From the NCBI RefSeq assembly GCF_009914755.1, contig NC_060931.1: a DNA stretch of 64,000 nucleotides. One strand, 5' to 3'. The notes under the pieces are model-generated. The model worked only from the letters and a program-made list of their open reading frames with translations. It did not search any database and was not told the origin of the DNA. Source of the DNA: the human T2T-CHM13v2.0 reference genome, Homo sapiens. How positions within the stretch are numbered: the stretch's first letter is position 1; each line of letters begins with the position of its first letter. The position numbers and the translations under genes are program-made. This document shows positions 43,949-64,000 of the stretch, in pieces.

Positions 43949-45316
43949 GTTTGTGTCTTGGGACCTTGGCTGCCTTTGTTTCTGTTTGGAAACAACTCCA
44001 CATGGAAAGGACATCCGCCCCATCTTGCTTGAAGGGTGCTTCCCAGGTGCCTCTGGGTGCCAGGGCCTTCCTCCAGCCCCTTTGGTTTCATCTCCCAGCC
44101 TCCCGAGACCCACATCGTTATGGTCTGAGCTTTGCACTTAAGGAGCTGTGGTCCTGAGCAAAGCCCCTCCTCTCCCGGCCCTGGCCTCTCCATAGCCTGA
44201 TGGCCATCCTGGGAGCAGGAATTCCAGAGACAAGGGATGGGCCAGCCTGCCCCACTCTCCACCTTGTGGATGCTGGTGTAGAAGTGAGGTGGCCTCGTCC
44301 AGGTGGCTGTCCTGCCCCCCGGCTATTGGGAGAGCTGGTCAAGGTTCTTATAATTTTTTTATTCTTAAAGACGGGTGCACACTGTCGCCCAGGCTCAGAG
44401 CAGTGGCGTGATCACAGCTCACTGCAGCCCTGTCCTCCTGACCTCCTGTAATGAACAGGACCAATCAGACTCCTGTTGCGCTTCCATAGAACCTGAACCT
44501 CTACTGAGCCACGTTTTGGGGGCTGCAGCACCACTTTCCCCTGATTTTAGCTGGGAGCCCTGGAGATACTGTTGGGGGAGGGGGTGGGTGAACGGCCGGG
44601 AGTACCAGTACCCAGAGATCTTCAGATACTTGGGGGCGGGTGGAAGGCCAGGAGCCCCAGTACCCAGGGACTCTTCACTTGTCTCTTTCTCCAGTCTGTT
44701 GAGTCCATGAGAAAAATCTGGTAAGTAAAGGTTTGGAAAGGAGCCTGAACGTCCTCCTCATGTGTCCCACCCCTTCCACAAGCCCTTGCCACATTCCCGC
44801 CTGCCCAGCGCTCAGCTCTGTCTCGGCCCTGGTGTCCATCTGGTGTGACTGGGCCGTTTCACCCCAGGCTCCTCCTCTCCAAGCTGCCGTCTGCACAGCC
44901 AGCACGCAGCTTGGATCATGGGAGCACTCCCTGCCTGGAACCGCCAGCAGGACCCCCAACTCACACACAGCCCCAAGCCCCTGAGTGTGGCAGCCAGACC
45001 CCCGAGGGCGCGCCTCTCCCTGATCCTGTCTCATCTCCTGCTCCCAGCCCACCCCCTGCCAGCTTTAGTGCCCATGAGCTGGCTCCTCGTTCAGAACGTC
45101 CTCCTCCCTCTTCCGGGTGCCCACTCTGTGCTTGTCCATCTGGCAATTCCTGTCTCCCTTGTAAGACCCCACGCCGAGGGCCTCCCCCAGGATCCTGCCC
45201 TGTCCGTCCTCCCCATTTGGTGGCTTCTGCTGTCATGTCGGGCCTGTGCTGCTGGTAAGCCCTTCAGAGGCACAGGTCCCGGTGACTCACCTGTGTCTCC
45301 AGCCTGTGGAATGGAC

Positions 45317-45604
45317 TTTTTTTTTTTTTTTTCTGAGACGGAGTCTCGCTCTGTCACCCAGGCTGGAGTGCAGTGGCACAATCTCAGCTCTGCAACCTCT
45401 GCCCCCTGAGTTCAAGCGATTCTCTTGCCTCAGCCTCCCGAGTAGCTGGGATTATAGGCACCTGCCAACACGCCCAGCTAATTTTTGTATTCTTAGTAGA
45501 GATGGGGTTTTCCCGTGTTGGCCAGGCTGGCCTCAAATTCCTGACCTCAAGTGATCGGCCTCCTAGAGTGCTGGGATTACAGGCCTGAGCCACTGCGCCT
45601 GGCC
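45317..45604 (-). mobile_element. Alu about 120 bp upstream of the RING exon
   Basis: Poly(T) followed by antisense Alu consensus. Confidence 0.9.
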
Positions 45605-45725
45605 TCGGAATTGACTTTGACTGCACTTCCAGCATTTCAGCACATGAAAGCCTCTTTTTCCAAGACTGGCCCACGTCAGCCCAGCCCACTGTTGGCGAGC
45701 ATGACCCATGTTTGGTCTCCTCCAG

Positions 45726-45884
45726 GACTGCATCATCTGCATGGAGAAGCTGTCCACAGCGTCTGGATACAGCGATGTGACTGACAGCAAGGCAATCGGG
45801 TCCCTAGCTGTGGGCCACCTCACCAAGTGCAGCCATGCCTTCCACCTGCTGTGCCTCCTGGCCATGTACTGCAACGGCAATAAG
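45726..45884 (+). CDS. DTX2: DTX2 coding exon 6 (RING-H2 finger, N-terminal part)
   Basis: DCIICMEKL...[20 protein letters not shown] between CTCCAG| and AAG|GTGCCC. Confidence 0.96.
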
Positions 45885-46853
45885 GTGCCCCCACTGGCCC
45901 AGGGCGGAGGCGGGTGGCCCGCCCCCACAGTCCTGAGCTGTCCCCTGCAGGGGCGGGAGGGTTCCGGGGGTGGCTGTAGGAATGGGCCTCTGCAAAAGAT
46001 GGTGCTGGGCGTGGGGCCAGCTTGAAGACCTTTCTAAAGGCCTGGCCGGCTCTCCTAGGCCTGCCCTACTCTTCTAGGTCTGCCCCACACTTTAGAAAGG
46101 AGGACCAGTGCGGCTGGTTCCCTCCACCCCTCCAGCCAGGCCTGAGAAGATTCTGGGCTTCTCTGAGCCCCAGGGCACCGCCTCCCCCTCGGCCACTTGT
46201 AAGCACCGCAGACACTGTCTCCCTTCTTCCTTACAGCATCCCTGTGCAGTCAGCACAGTGCTCATGAGGGAGAGGCTCAGAGCAGGGGCTGTGCCCAGGG
46301 TCACCCCACTGGGAGGTGGGAGCCAGGCCTTGAGGCAGGGCTGATCCTGGGCCCCACAGCAGCCTACACATGAAGAGCCGCGCCCAGACTGACCCCCAGC
46401 TGCTCTCCCTGCATCGGCCTTCAGGCGGGATGGGCAGAGTTTAGAGGCTTAGAGAACCGAGTCATGTGGCGCATCGGAGCCTGGCTCGGCCTTCCCTAGT
46501 GTCTGCCATCCTGGGCAGCCAGGGCCCAGCTCCGCAGATCAGACGCTGCAAGGCTGTCTATCCGACTGCAAATGCGATTCACCCGTGGAGATTTCTGCTC
46601 AGGATCCGAGTTTTCCCACTCGCCACCTGTCTCCTGATAGCATGTCCCTTAACGAAAATGGCATGAGTTGCTGGTGCAAAACAAAGCTTTCCAGGGAAGC
46701 TGTTGGAAGCCAGTTTCCGGGCAGGAGGCTGCCAGCAACTCCCTGGGATGGTGGCCAGCCCATTCCCGGGGCCCTTTACCATCTGACGGTGGAGGTGACG
46801 GTCTTGGGTGTTCTCAGACTGCCAGCTCAGTGGGTTGCGTCTGCCTCTGTCAG

Positions 46854-47015
46854 GATGGAAGTCTGCAGTGTCCCTCCTGCAAAACCATCTATGGAGAGAA
46901 GACGGGGACCCAGCCCCAGGGAAAGATGGAGGTATTACGGTTCCAGATGTCGCTCCCCGGCCACGAGGACTGCGGGACCATCCTCATAGTTTACAGCATT
47001 CCCCATGGTATCCAG
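46854..47015 (+). CDS. DTX2: DTX2 coding exon 7 (end of RING, start of DTC)
   Basis: [25 protein letters not shown]...IPHGIQ between GTCAG| and CAG|GTGAGG. Confidence 0.96.
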
Positions 47016-47783
47016 GTGAGGGGCCTTCTTGAGTCCCCCACTCCTGGCCACTCCTCTTCCCACCCCGCCCACATCCCAGCAGTCTGCCCCTGGATCAAGG
47101 CTGAGGATGCCCATGTGGCCAAGCTCAGGCCCCCAGGTCCCCTAAGGCCAGAGCCATGGAGGGCCGGGAATGGGGAGGCAGTGCCGGGGCTTAGGGTAAG
47201 CTCTTAGGGCTGTGGCAGCAAAAGGCTGGCCCTCCACTCTTTCCTGAACCAAGGAAGCCTTCCTAGAGGAGGAGCCATCTTAGCTGGACTTGTTCTGGGC
47301 AGAAGGGCAGGCAGTTCAGTGGGAGGAACCCTGCGGAGGGGCTGGAGAAGCGGGGCCACAGCAGGGTGTGCGTCGAGGAACCTTGGGTTGGGAGTGGCAG
47401 GGCCAGGCGTGTGGGTGTCAGGAGCCCAGGCACAAGGCCCCAGAGTCCCAGAGGAGACTCAGACGGGCCCTAGCCCTTTCGGTCTCCTGTCTTGAGCCAA
47501 GGTGGATCGTAGGGCCTGGGGCAGGGTGGGAAGATAACGGGGCAGCAGGCAGCGGGCACTGGCTGCCAGCCAAGGTCCACCTGTGGTGGATGGAGGCATC
47601 TTTTTGTCTTGTTGAACCATGAGCCTTTCCCCTGGTTTCCCTCCACTTCTCCACAGCTCAGAGGGAAATTCAGGAACATTCGGGGTTGGCATCTCGGAGC
47701 GGGGGAGGAGCTGGAGCTGTGCAGGGGCCTGTCCCTGTGCGGGCTCTCGGAGCACCCTATCCTGGTGTCTGTTCCTCCCGCAG

Positions 47784-47873
47784 GGCCCTGAGCACCCCAA
47801 TCCCGGAAAGCCGTTCACTGCCAGAGGGTTTCCCCGCCAGTGCTACCTTCCAGACAACGCCCAGGGCCGCAAG
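47784..47873 (+). CDS. DTX2: DTX2 coding exon 8 (DTC domain)
   Basis: [30 protein letters not shown] between CCGCAG| and AAG|GTGAGT. Confidence 0.96.
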
Positions 47874-48801
47874 GTGAGTGCCACCATGCGCCCCGGGGGT
47901 GGACGGGGCCCTGACCAGGCGGCAGGAGGCCAGGCGCCACACTGGACTCTGCTTCTGCAGCGGAGGACAGAGGCTGAGGCCGGGCCGAGTGTCTGCTGCT
48001 CTTTTCTGGGGACCTGCTGTAGGTACAGGGAGGGCAGCCTGGACCTCACATAGCCTCGAGGGAGGAGGAGAGGCCATCACCTTCCAGCACCCTGCCGGGT
48101 GGGGTCAGGAGCTCCTGAGAGTCAGAGTGTGACAGGCAGGGACCGGGGGCTGTGTTAGACCAGGTGACCACGGAAGGCTGGAGCAGTGGTGTCTGCACTG
48201 AGACATGAATAGGGACTTTGTGGCTGCAGAGAAGGTTGGGGACGAGCCTTCCAGGAAGGCAGGATAGTGGGAGCCCGTGGTGTGGGTGTGAAGACAGGGT
48301 GCCCCCCAGGCCAGCACCAGGGGTAGAGCTGGTTCTGAGCGCCCAGCGAAGCCACGGAGGTGGAGCTGCTGATGGAGCTTTGGAAAAGCTCTGGCCGTGT
48401 GAGAATGGGCTTGAGGTGGCGGAGCTGGAGGCGGGGAGAGGGCAGGGAGAGGGCAGGGAGGCCTGGATTCCACCAGGGAGGGTGGGTGGGCGGGCGCTCG
48501 TCCAGCAACGGCTGTGGAAGCAGGGAGGACTCGAGCATGGTGCCTGGGCATCAGGACCAAACGGATGGCAGTGCCAGGCACTGAGGCGGGGTGGGCTGGA
48601 GCCCAGGTTCATGTGGGATCCTAATGTACTATCCAGTGGGCAGTTTTGGGGTCCCTGCAGATGGGGTGAGTGCCAGGGAGTGGATGAGTCACCTGGGAGG
48701 GGCTGGGATGGGAAGAACATGGTGCCAACCCGTGCCTGCTCACTGAGCCCCTCTCACTCTCCGTCCCCTCCTTCCTCTTCCCCCTCCTCCTCCCCGGGCA
48801 G

Positions 48802-49029
48802 GTCCTAGAGCTCCTGAAGGTGGCCTGGAAGAGGCGGCTCATCTTCACAGTGGGCACGTCCAGCACCACGGGTGAGACGGACACCGTGGTATGGAACGAG
48901 ATCCACCACAAGACAGAGATGGACCGCAACATTACGGGCCACGGCTATCCCGACCCCAACTACCTGCAGAACGTGCTGGCTGAGCTGGCTGCCCAGGGGG
49001 TGACCGAGGACTGCCTGGAGCAGCAGTGA
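48802..49029 (+). CDS. DTX2: DTX2 last coding exon (DTC domain, TGA stop)
   Basis: [20 protein letters not shown]...[28 protein letters not shown]. Confidence 0.96.
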   Translation, partial: VLELLKVAWKRRLIFTVGTSSTTGETDTVVWNEIHHKTEMDRNITGHGYPDPNYLQNVLAELAAQGVTEDCLEQQ

Positions 49030-49398
49030 CCTCGCACCCCAGCACGCCCGCCTCTGGTGGCCACCCCGCTGCCCCATGGCTGGCTGGGTGGCCAGGCAGG
49101 AAGTGCCCAGCCCGAGAGGCTGGGAGGTTTGTTGAGGGTGTGGGGTGTGCCCCACCTGAAGCCGGGGCTCCCCCTGCCTGCCTCTCTCTCCTCCTCCCCT
49201 CTGGGAATTGGGCAGCCCTGGGCAGTTGTACTCATGGGGGCTTAGGATGCAGCTACCTCAGTGCGCAGGGCCCGTCTGTCCTCTGGGGGCTGCTTCGGGC
49301 CCGCGGTGCTCGGGGCCTGGTGTGGGGCGAGTAGAGACTTCCCCAGCCTGGACGGGCGTGGGTTCTGGGTCAGCTTCTTTTACCTCAATTTTGTTTGC

Positions 49399-49404
49399 AA
49401 TAAA
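49399..49404 (+). terminator. DTX2: DTX2 poly(A) signal AATAAA
   Basis: First AATAAA after the stop, followed about 30-70 nt later by a GT-rich downstream element (49434-49476). Confidence 0.85.
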
Positions 49405-49769
49405 TGCTCTATAGCCAAAGCCAGCAGGTCCTGAGTGTGTGCATGCATGCGTGTGTGCGCACTTGTGTGTGTGTGTGCCCCCCCCCACTTCCTGCATCAG
49501 AGCAAGAGGGGGTTCCATGGGCTCATCGGCTCCCATTTGATAACTGAAGAACAGGCCACAGCCAGGCATGGAGGAGCCCACGGTACTGGGCTGTGCGGCC
49601 TCCACATGCCCTACACTGATCTCCCTGCCATGCCAGAGGCTGTCACCCCAGAGCACCAGCTGTCACCTTTGTGGCCCTGGGGTTGTGGTTCACAAAATGC
49701 CATTCACTTAGGATTGGAGCTGCTGTCTCTGTTTTACTGATGTGGAAACAGGTTCAAAGGTGCAATGAC

Positions 49770-53370
<3,601 letters not shown>

Positions 53371-53425
53371 TATATATATTTAAGCCACTGAGCTGTGAAG
53401 GTTGTGAAGGTATGTGAGTTATGTC

Positions 53426-53692
53426 TTGAAAAATACACACATAGTGAGCGCCAAATCCCGGGAGTAGTGTTTAAGTGGCGGGCTTGTCAGCTGTCAAGGG
53501 CTCTGCAGCCCTTTCTCTGAATCCAAGTTCTTCTTCCTGTGGACAGGGAACCCAGGCTGCGAACTGGGAGGATGTGGCCTCGTGGGGGGCAGGGCCAGCG
53601 TGCTGTGATGGGGATGGGGCTGGGCAGGTTGGGGCTGCCTGCTACTCCCCACTCCTGACTCTGGGTGGGGACAGAAGGCAGAGGGAGGCTCC
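53426..53692 (+). repeat. ~270-bp direct repeat, copy 1 (upstream of UPK3B)
   Basis: Aligns by eye with 54646-54917. Confidence 0.9.
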
Positions 53693-54056
53693 TGGCACCT
53701 GGGGCACAGGAATCTCAGGCATGTGGTCCTGAGCCTGTTTCCAAAAGCCAGACCCTCCTCCCCAGGGCGGAGAGACTGGGAGGGGCCCCAATCCAGGCTC
53801 CGGGATGGCCTGGCTGGCATCTGGGGTTCCAGTGGCCCCTCTCCCTTGGCCCTGGCAGTGGGGCTGGATACTGGCCTGCCTCCCACCAGAGTCCCCCCAG
53901 CTCCTCCCTGCTGTGGGCTGGCCTGGGAGGAAGGGGGTGGGGTGCACTTACATTTGCAGGTCTTTCCAGCCCCTGGGGCAGCCTGATTAACCAGCTTCTC
54001 CAGGGCCAAGCTGTTGGGGGTGAGGTGCAGCCCGAAGCAGCCAGACCAGCCCCTGA

Positions 54057-54506
<450 letters not shown>

Positions 54507-54645
54507 TGAGGGTGACGGCTGAGGAGAGTGGTGGGCCCTAGGAGCCCCTCACCAGCAAGCGCCTTCAATGATTGAGCCCCTGTGGGGGCCTTTGGGAGAG
54601 TAGGTGTGGATGAATTGGGCTTTATCTAAAGGGGTAATATGTGTA

Positions 54646-54917
54646 TTGAAAAATACACACGTAGTGAACACCAAATCCCGGGAGTAGTGCAAGTGGTGGG
54701 TTTGTCAGCTGTCAAGGGCTCTGCAACCCTTTCTCTGAATCCAAGTAGTTCTTCCTTTGGACAGGGAACCGAGGCTGCGACCTGGGAGGATGTGGCCTCC
54801 TGTGGGGCAGGGCCGGTGCACTGCAATGGGGCTGGGGCTGGGGCTGGGCAGGTTGGGACTGCCCGCTGCTCCCCACTCCTGGCTCTGGGTGGGGACAAAA
54901 GGCCAGAGGGAAGCTCC
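54646..54917 (+). repeat. ~270-bp direct repeat, copy 2 (UPK3B intron 2)
   Basis: Aligns by eye with 53426-53692. Confidence 0.9.
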
Positions 54918-55032
54918 CCTTCAGGGGTAACAAAGTCGACTGGGTCTGGACTATCTCTGGGGGCCCTGAGGGAGGAGGTGGCATGGGGGGTCAGGGCTGG
55001 AGACTGGGCGAACACAGAACCCCCACTCATAA

Positions 55033-55389
<357 letters not shown>

Positions 55390-56512
55390 TAGCATCTTTC
55401 CAGGGAGGGGTCCCCCGGCCCCGGTCCTCCCCTTTGCAAGCCCGGGCTCCTTCCACTGTAGAGTCAGCAACAGTGCTCACCCCCGCTGGGGCCGGGCAAG
55501 GCCCAGGAGGAGCAGGTGGGCACCTTGGGGAGGCGGGATCTTAGTCAAGGTGGGAGGGGGCAGCTTCCCCAAAGTCTAGGCCCCTGTTCCCCACCACGGG
55601 CAGATCTGGCAGGAAACTCGGGGGCCGAGTTCAGACCCAGTCTCGTCGGTATTAGGCAGGGAGCAGGAGAGGTGGCTCCTACCCGCTCTTACAGATGAGG
55701 AAACTGAGGCACAGGAGGTCAAGTGGCCTGCCAACATCGGGGTGGAGCCGGGATGGGGAAGCAGGCAGTGTGTCCAGGTCAGGACTGTCCGGACACAGGA
55801 GGAGGCGGGGTGACCTCAGGAAGACCAGGCCCAGGGGAAGCCGGGAAGGCAGGGCGTGGTGAGGCTGGAACAGCACCCCGCTCCGCCCAGCTCCCTTCTG
55901 CCCTCTCACCCACTCTCCAGGTCCACCCTCTGCCCTCCCCGCTGCCTCACCCTGGCTCAGCCTTCCAGCTCCATGCCCCGCCCCATCCCCCGCAGCCACT
56001 CTTTTCAATGCCAACCTGCCAGGTCCTTCCCCGCTTCCCAGGCCTTGCAGAGCTCCCAGCCCTGCAAAGAGACAAACCGAGGCCCTCTGCGGGGCTCCTG
56101 GTGCCCTGGGTCCTCAGGCTGCTGGTGATTGAGCCCCCTGCCCCCGGCTACTGCTGCCCCTCCGGGAGGCCTGTGACCCCTGCCCCATGTGCCCTGCTAA
56201 GCCACCTTCACCTGCTCTTTTGGCTTGTGACATTTAGGAACCAGGGCCCCTAAACCAGCATCCCCGGCCCAGGTCTGGTGTCTGGAGAGCAATTGCTCGG
56301 GGGGATGAGGGGTGGTGGCACAGGCCAAGTGGCTGGAGACATCTCAGGGGATTCTCAGAGCAGGGCCAGGCCATGGGCTGCTGCTCTTGACGGGCACCCC
56401 CACTCCACATCCATGGGAGGGCCCCAGAGGAGCTGCCTGGGGCTTGGCCCTGCCCAGGGTGGTCCCAGCCTCTGAAGCTCTCCCCTCCTCCCCCACCACC
56501 TCCCATCCCCAG

Positions 56513-56592
56513 GGTGAAGTTCCTCCTGATGGACACCAGGGGCTCACCCAGGGCTGAGACCAAGTGGTCAGACCCCATCACTCTCCACCAAG
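56513..56592 (+). CDS. UPK3B: UPK3B coding exon 4 (80 nt)
   Basis: VKFLLMDTRGSPRAETKWSDPITLHQ completes the UPK3 motif GPYRVKF. Confidence 0.9.
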
Positions 56593-57262
56593 GTAGCGCT
56601 GGGCAGGAGGGGCGCTGCCCCCAGTGGACTCACGATCTCTCTGGGCCGCCTCTGCTGAGCTGGCCACACCCCTGCTCCCACAGGGCTGGGGGCCTGGAGG
56701 CCATGTCCAAGTCGGGCCCAGCCCCCAACAGAACCTCATGCTGGGGGAGTGGGGCACCCAGCCAGCCCCCTCGGCAGGGGCACCATCTCGGCCCATCCGC
56801 AAGCGTTTGCCACATTGTGGGCACAGACAGCCTCCCCCCTCCTGTAGGGAGTCAGCCTGTGTCAGCCCCTGCTGGGAGGGAGGAAGAGGGTGTGGAGGAG
56901 GTCAGGGTCAGGGTCGGGGCTGGCTGGGGAGGCAGCCAGCTTGAGTTCTGAGCAGACCCCAAGGGGCAAGCGTGAATGTACCAAGCCCAGAAGTTTCGAG
57001 TGCCACGGCCCAGGTGTCGGGGGTGGGGGTCTCCTGGGAGACGGCTTCAGAGGTCAGGGGGTGTGGGGTGGAAGTCTTGTCATCTGAAGGCCTTGACTGC
57101 TGGGCTCCAGGGAGCAGGGCAGTGGATGAGCACGTGGGTGGGAGCAGCCTAGAAGGTAGGAGCAGGGCGGAGGCTGTGGTCCAGGCTGGCAGAGAACAGA
57201 TGCTGTGCCGTCCCGAGGAAGAGGGACGGGGGGTGGGATCAGGGGGGCGCCTGGGGATATGA

Positions 57263-57616
<354 letters not shown>

Positions 57617-58018
57617 TAGAGACAGGGACTTGCTATGTTGCCCAGGCTGGTCTGGAACTGCTGGGCTCAAGCGATCCTCCCGTCTCGGCCTCCCAAAGTA
57701 TTAGGATTACAGGTGTGAGCCACCTTGCCGAGCCCCATGGTTTCGAGCTGGGCAGCGCCCCTCCCAGGGCCTGTGCAGGGAACTCCCACCCTGAGTATCT
57801 CGCACCTCAGGGGTCATTGATGGGGCCAGCAGCCCCTCTGAGGACAGGTTCGGGAGGTCCCGCCTCACTCGGGCCCTGTCTTTTCAGTGTGTCCTCAGCC
57901 AAGGCCCTTCTCCTCCCAGGCCTCACCTGCTGTCTGTGGATCCTCTGGTGGTTTAGTAAGCTGACGCCAGGGTAGTCAGGGTGGCCACCTGGAGAGGTGG
58001 TCCTCCAATTGGTTCTAG

Positions 58019-58171
<153 letters not shown>

Positions 58172-58413
58172 TAAAAATGCAAAAATTGTCCGGGTGTGGT
58201 GGCAGGCACCTGTAATCCCAGCTACTCGGGAGGCTGAGGCAGGAGAATCGTTTGAACCCGGGTGGCGAAGGTTACAGTGAGCTTAGATCACACCACCGCA
58301 CTCCAGCCTGGGTGACAGAGCCAGACTCCATCTCAAAAAAAAAAAAAAAAAAAGAAAAGAGAGAGAGAGAGACTACACATGAGGGAGCTGGGAGGGAGGA
58401 GAGCAGGCCTTGA

Positions 58414-58677
<264 letters not shown>

Positions 58678-58884
58678 TGAGTGCATGGTGCTTTGTCCCA
58701 GCTCCTGCACCCACAGGCCCCCTCAGGGCTCCTTGCCTTTCCCCCCCACCAGCACACCCCGTACCCTGCCTGGAATCCCAGCACCAGCCCCCCTGCCTCT
58801 CCTCTGCCTTTCTGGTTTCTCTCCCTCTCCAAGCATCTGTAAGTTGCACTCAGGAGGGTTTAGGGGAGGGCCATGGGCAGGCTG

Positions 58885-59156
58885 GTCTCGTGATAGTGAG
58901 TGAGTGCTCATGGGATCTGGTTGTTTAGAAGCATGCAGCACCTCCTGCTTCACTCTCTCTGTCTCTCCTGCTCCACCATGGCCAGAAACGTGCCTGCTTC
59001 CCCTTCGCCTTCTGCCGTGATTGTCAGTTTCTTGAGGGCTCCCCAGCCATGCTTCCTGTACAGCCTGCAAAACTGTGAGTCAATTAAACCTCTTTTCTTC
59101 ATAAATTCCCCAGTTTCCAGTAGTTCTTCATAGCAGTGTGAAAACAGACTAATGGA
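58885..59156 (+). mobile_element. 5'-truncated ERVL-MaLR LTR (MST-like)
   Basis: CTCGTGATAGTGAGTGAG...CTTCCCCTTCGCCTTCTGCC...GCCATGCTTCCTGTACAGCCTGC...CAATTAAACCTCTTTTCTTCATAAATT...GACTAAT. Confidence 0.85.
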
Positions 59157-59159
59157 CCC

Positions 59160-60635
<1,476 letters not shown>

Positions 60636-60639
60636 GTCG

Positions 60640-62420
<1,781 letters not shown>

Positions 62421-62734
62421 TATGTTTTTTTCTACATAAAAAACAGCACAGGATTATCTTCCAGAGCTAATAAATATGTTCAAATAACCACAGCCCCATT
62501 AAGGAAAAATATCACTGGGCAGCAAATAATCAATCCAGACCAATATGATCACAGTTGCTGTGAAGGTGAGAAAAGTTCATTTTTATTATGTTTCCCCAAG
62601 ACACGCACTCTATTGTTCTCTTGAAAACACACAGCTCATGTCCTCCTTTAGAACACACATCCTCTTTAAAGTAACATACAAAGATGCCAAAACAAGGTAA
62701 AAAATTACATCTGAATTCTCACATTTCAAACATA

Positions 62735-64000
62735 TATGAAATATCAAATAAAAATTTATTTTTACAAGAATTTAGGGGAACTACTACATAGCTATAAATG
62801 TAATATATATGTTAACTAAGTATCACAGATAAAAACCATGCTCCCTTCAGCAGCACGTGTAATAATAGATACAAAGATTGAAAGGTAAAAGATTTAGGAT
62901 GAAAAGAATCCTCTCTTAAAAAGGAAAACAAAATTATATGTATGTGTATATAACAGTTATAACACCCATCACACAGCTTTATAGAAACAGCATCTATTCA
63001 AAAATACCAGTATTTCCAAAATATTTAAAATAATATTTAAAGTAATAATAATATTTAAATAAATAAATATATTTAATAAATATTTCAATAAATAAAATAA
63101 TATTTAAATAATTCTATACCCATGTTTTTCAAAATAAACCAATAAATTAGATAGTATGTATTAGACGTGTTAGTATATATATCTGAGACATGTTAAAAAT
63201 CACAACTGAATTCTCACAATTCAGTCACAAACCTAAACAGCAAATAAAAATTTCTATCACCAGAATTATGTTTTTTTGTGGTGGGGAACTACCAATAGCT
63301 ATAAATAGAAGAGATTTTTATGGAAGTATCATAGATAAAAAGAGTGCTCGCTTCAGGAGCGCATATAATAATACAGAAAGAAATTTAAAGATAATAAAAT
63401 ATTTAGGATAAAAAGAATTGTCTCTTAAAAATGAAAAGAAAATTATCTTTATGTATATATAACAACTATAACTCTCATCAAAAAACTACAGGAACAGCAT
63501 GTTTTCAAAAGTACAACAATTTCCAAACTATTTGAAATAAATCTATGAATAATTCAATGGCCAACATTTCCAAACAAACCAATAAAATGCAGAGTGTGCA
63601 TGAAGCTATCTGTTACAATCTGTGGCACTGATATTTCACAAAAGAATTCTGTGCCAATCTGAGCCCCTGCATTGTGCCTTCAAATGCTCCTGGACTGTGG
63701 CAACCAAGTCTGTAAGAAACAGGACCTCCAGGTTCCGGCCCAGGGAGGTTGGAATTCAGCAATATAGAAAGGGTGGTGGTGCCGCAGGAAAGGGTGGAAC
63801 TGGAAACACTCCTGGTTTCTTACTTTTCTCCAAGGACTCCTAGAAGGACCCCACCCCCCTCCCCCCACCCCTGCTCCCAGGAGGACAACGTGATCACTGT
63901 ATTCAGCTCCATCAAGAATGGTCCAGGTTCTTCTAGATGATCTGCACAAATGGTTCCTCTCCTCTTTCCTGTTGTCTGCCATTAGCATTGGAATAAAGTT
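62735..64000 (-). other. Probable 3'UTR/terminal exon of a convergent SPDYE (Speedy/RINGO E) family gene or pseudogene
   Basis: AT-rich non-coding sequence that I recognise from memory as the SPDYE-family 3'UTR. Minus-strand AATAAA at 62755-62760. No coding exon lies inside the window. Confidence 0.6.

Noticed and set aside
63680-63988. 102-aa minus-strand ORF at the window end
   Set aside because: No recognisable domain, and it lies in sequence I interpret as 3'UTR.

Overview
Primate (very likely human) genomic DNA matching the 7q11.23 DTX2-UPK3B locus; gene names are recognised from memory of the proteins, not from a database search. On the + strand, a CpG-island promoter (~2.05-2.8 kb) drives DTX2 (Deltex-2 E3 ligase: WWE-WWE, Pro-rich linker, RING-H2, DTC). 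It has two or three 5'UTR exons and nine GT-AG coding exons (20966-49029) that join into an uninterrupted 1869-nt ORF (622 aa). UPK3B follows 4.6 kb later, with six coding exons (831 nt, 276 aa) plus a second 320-aa reading path. DTX2 introns hold an antisense FDPS processed pseudogene interrupted by an AluY, a (CTG)19 tract and a 3.35-kb GT-rich array with higher-order structure. The last 5 kb is a patchwork of a truncated MaLR LTR, class I ERV fragments, a MER21-like LTR, Alus and what looks like the 3'UTR of a convergent SPDYE-family gene. Most short ORFs in the track are Alu or low-complexity artefacts. No prokaryote-type systems are present. The best leads are: a candidate DTX2 5'UTR exon carved from the antisense FDPS retrocopy; the GU-rich array beside a skippable exon; the NAGNAG acceptor that overlaps codon 384; a promoter segment duplicated into UPK3B intron 2; dual-frame UPK3B exons; and an LTR-supplied poly(A) signal at a probable duplication junction.
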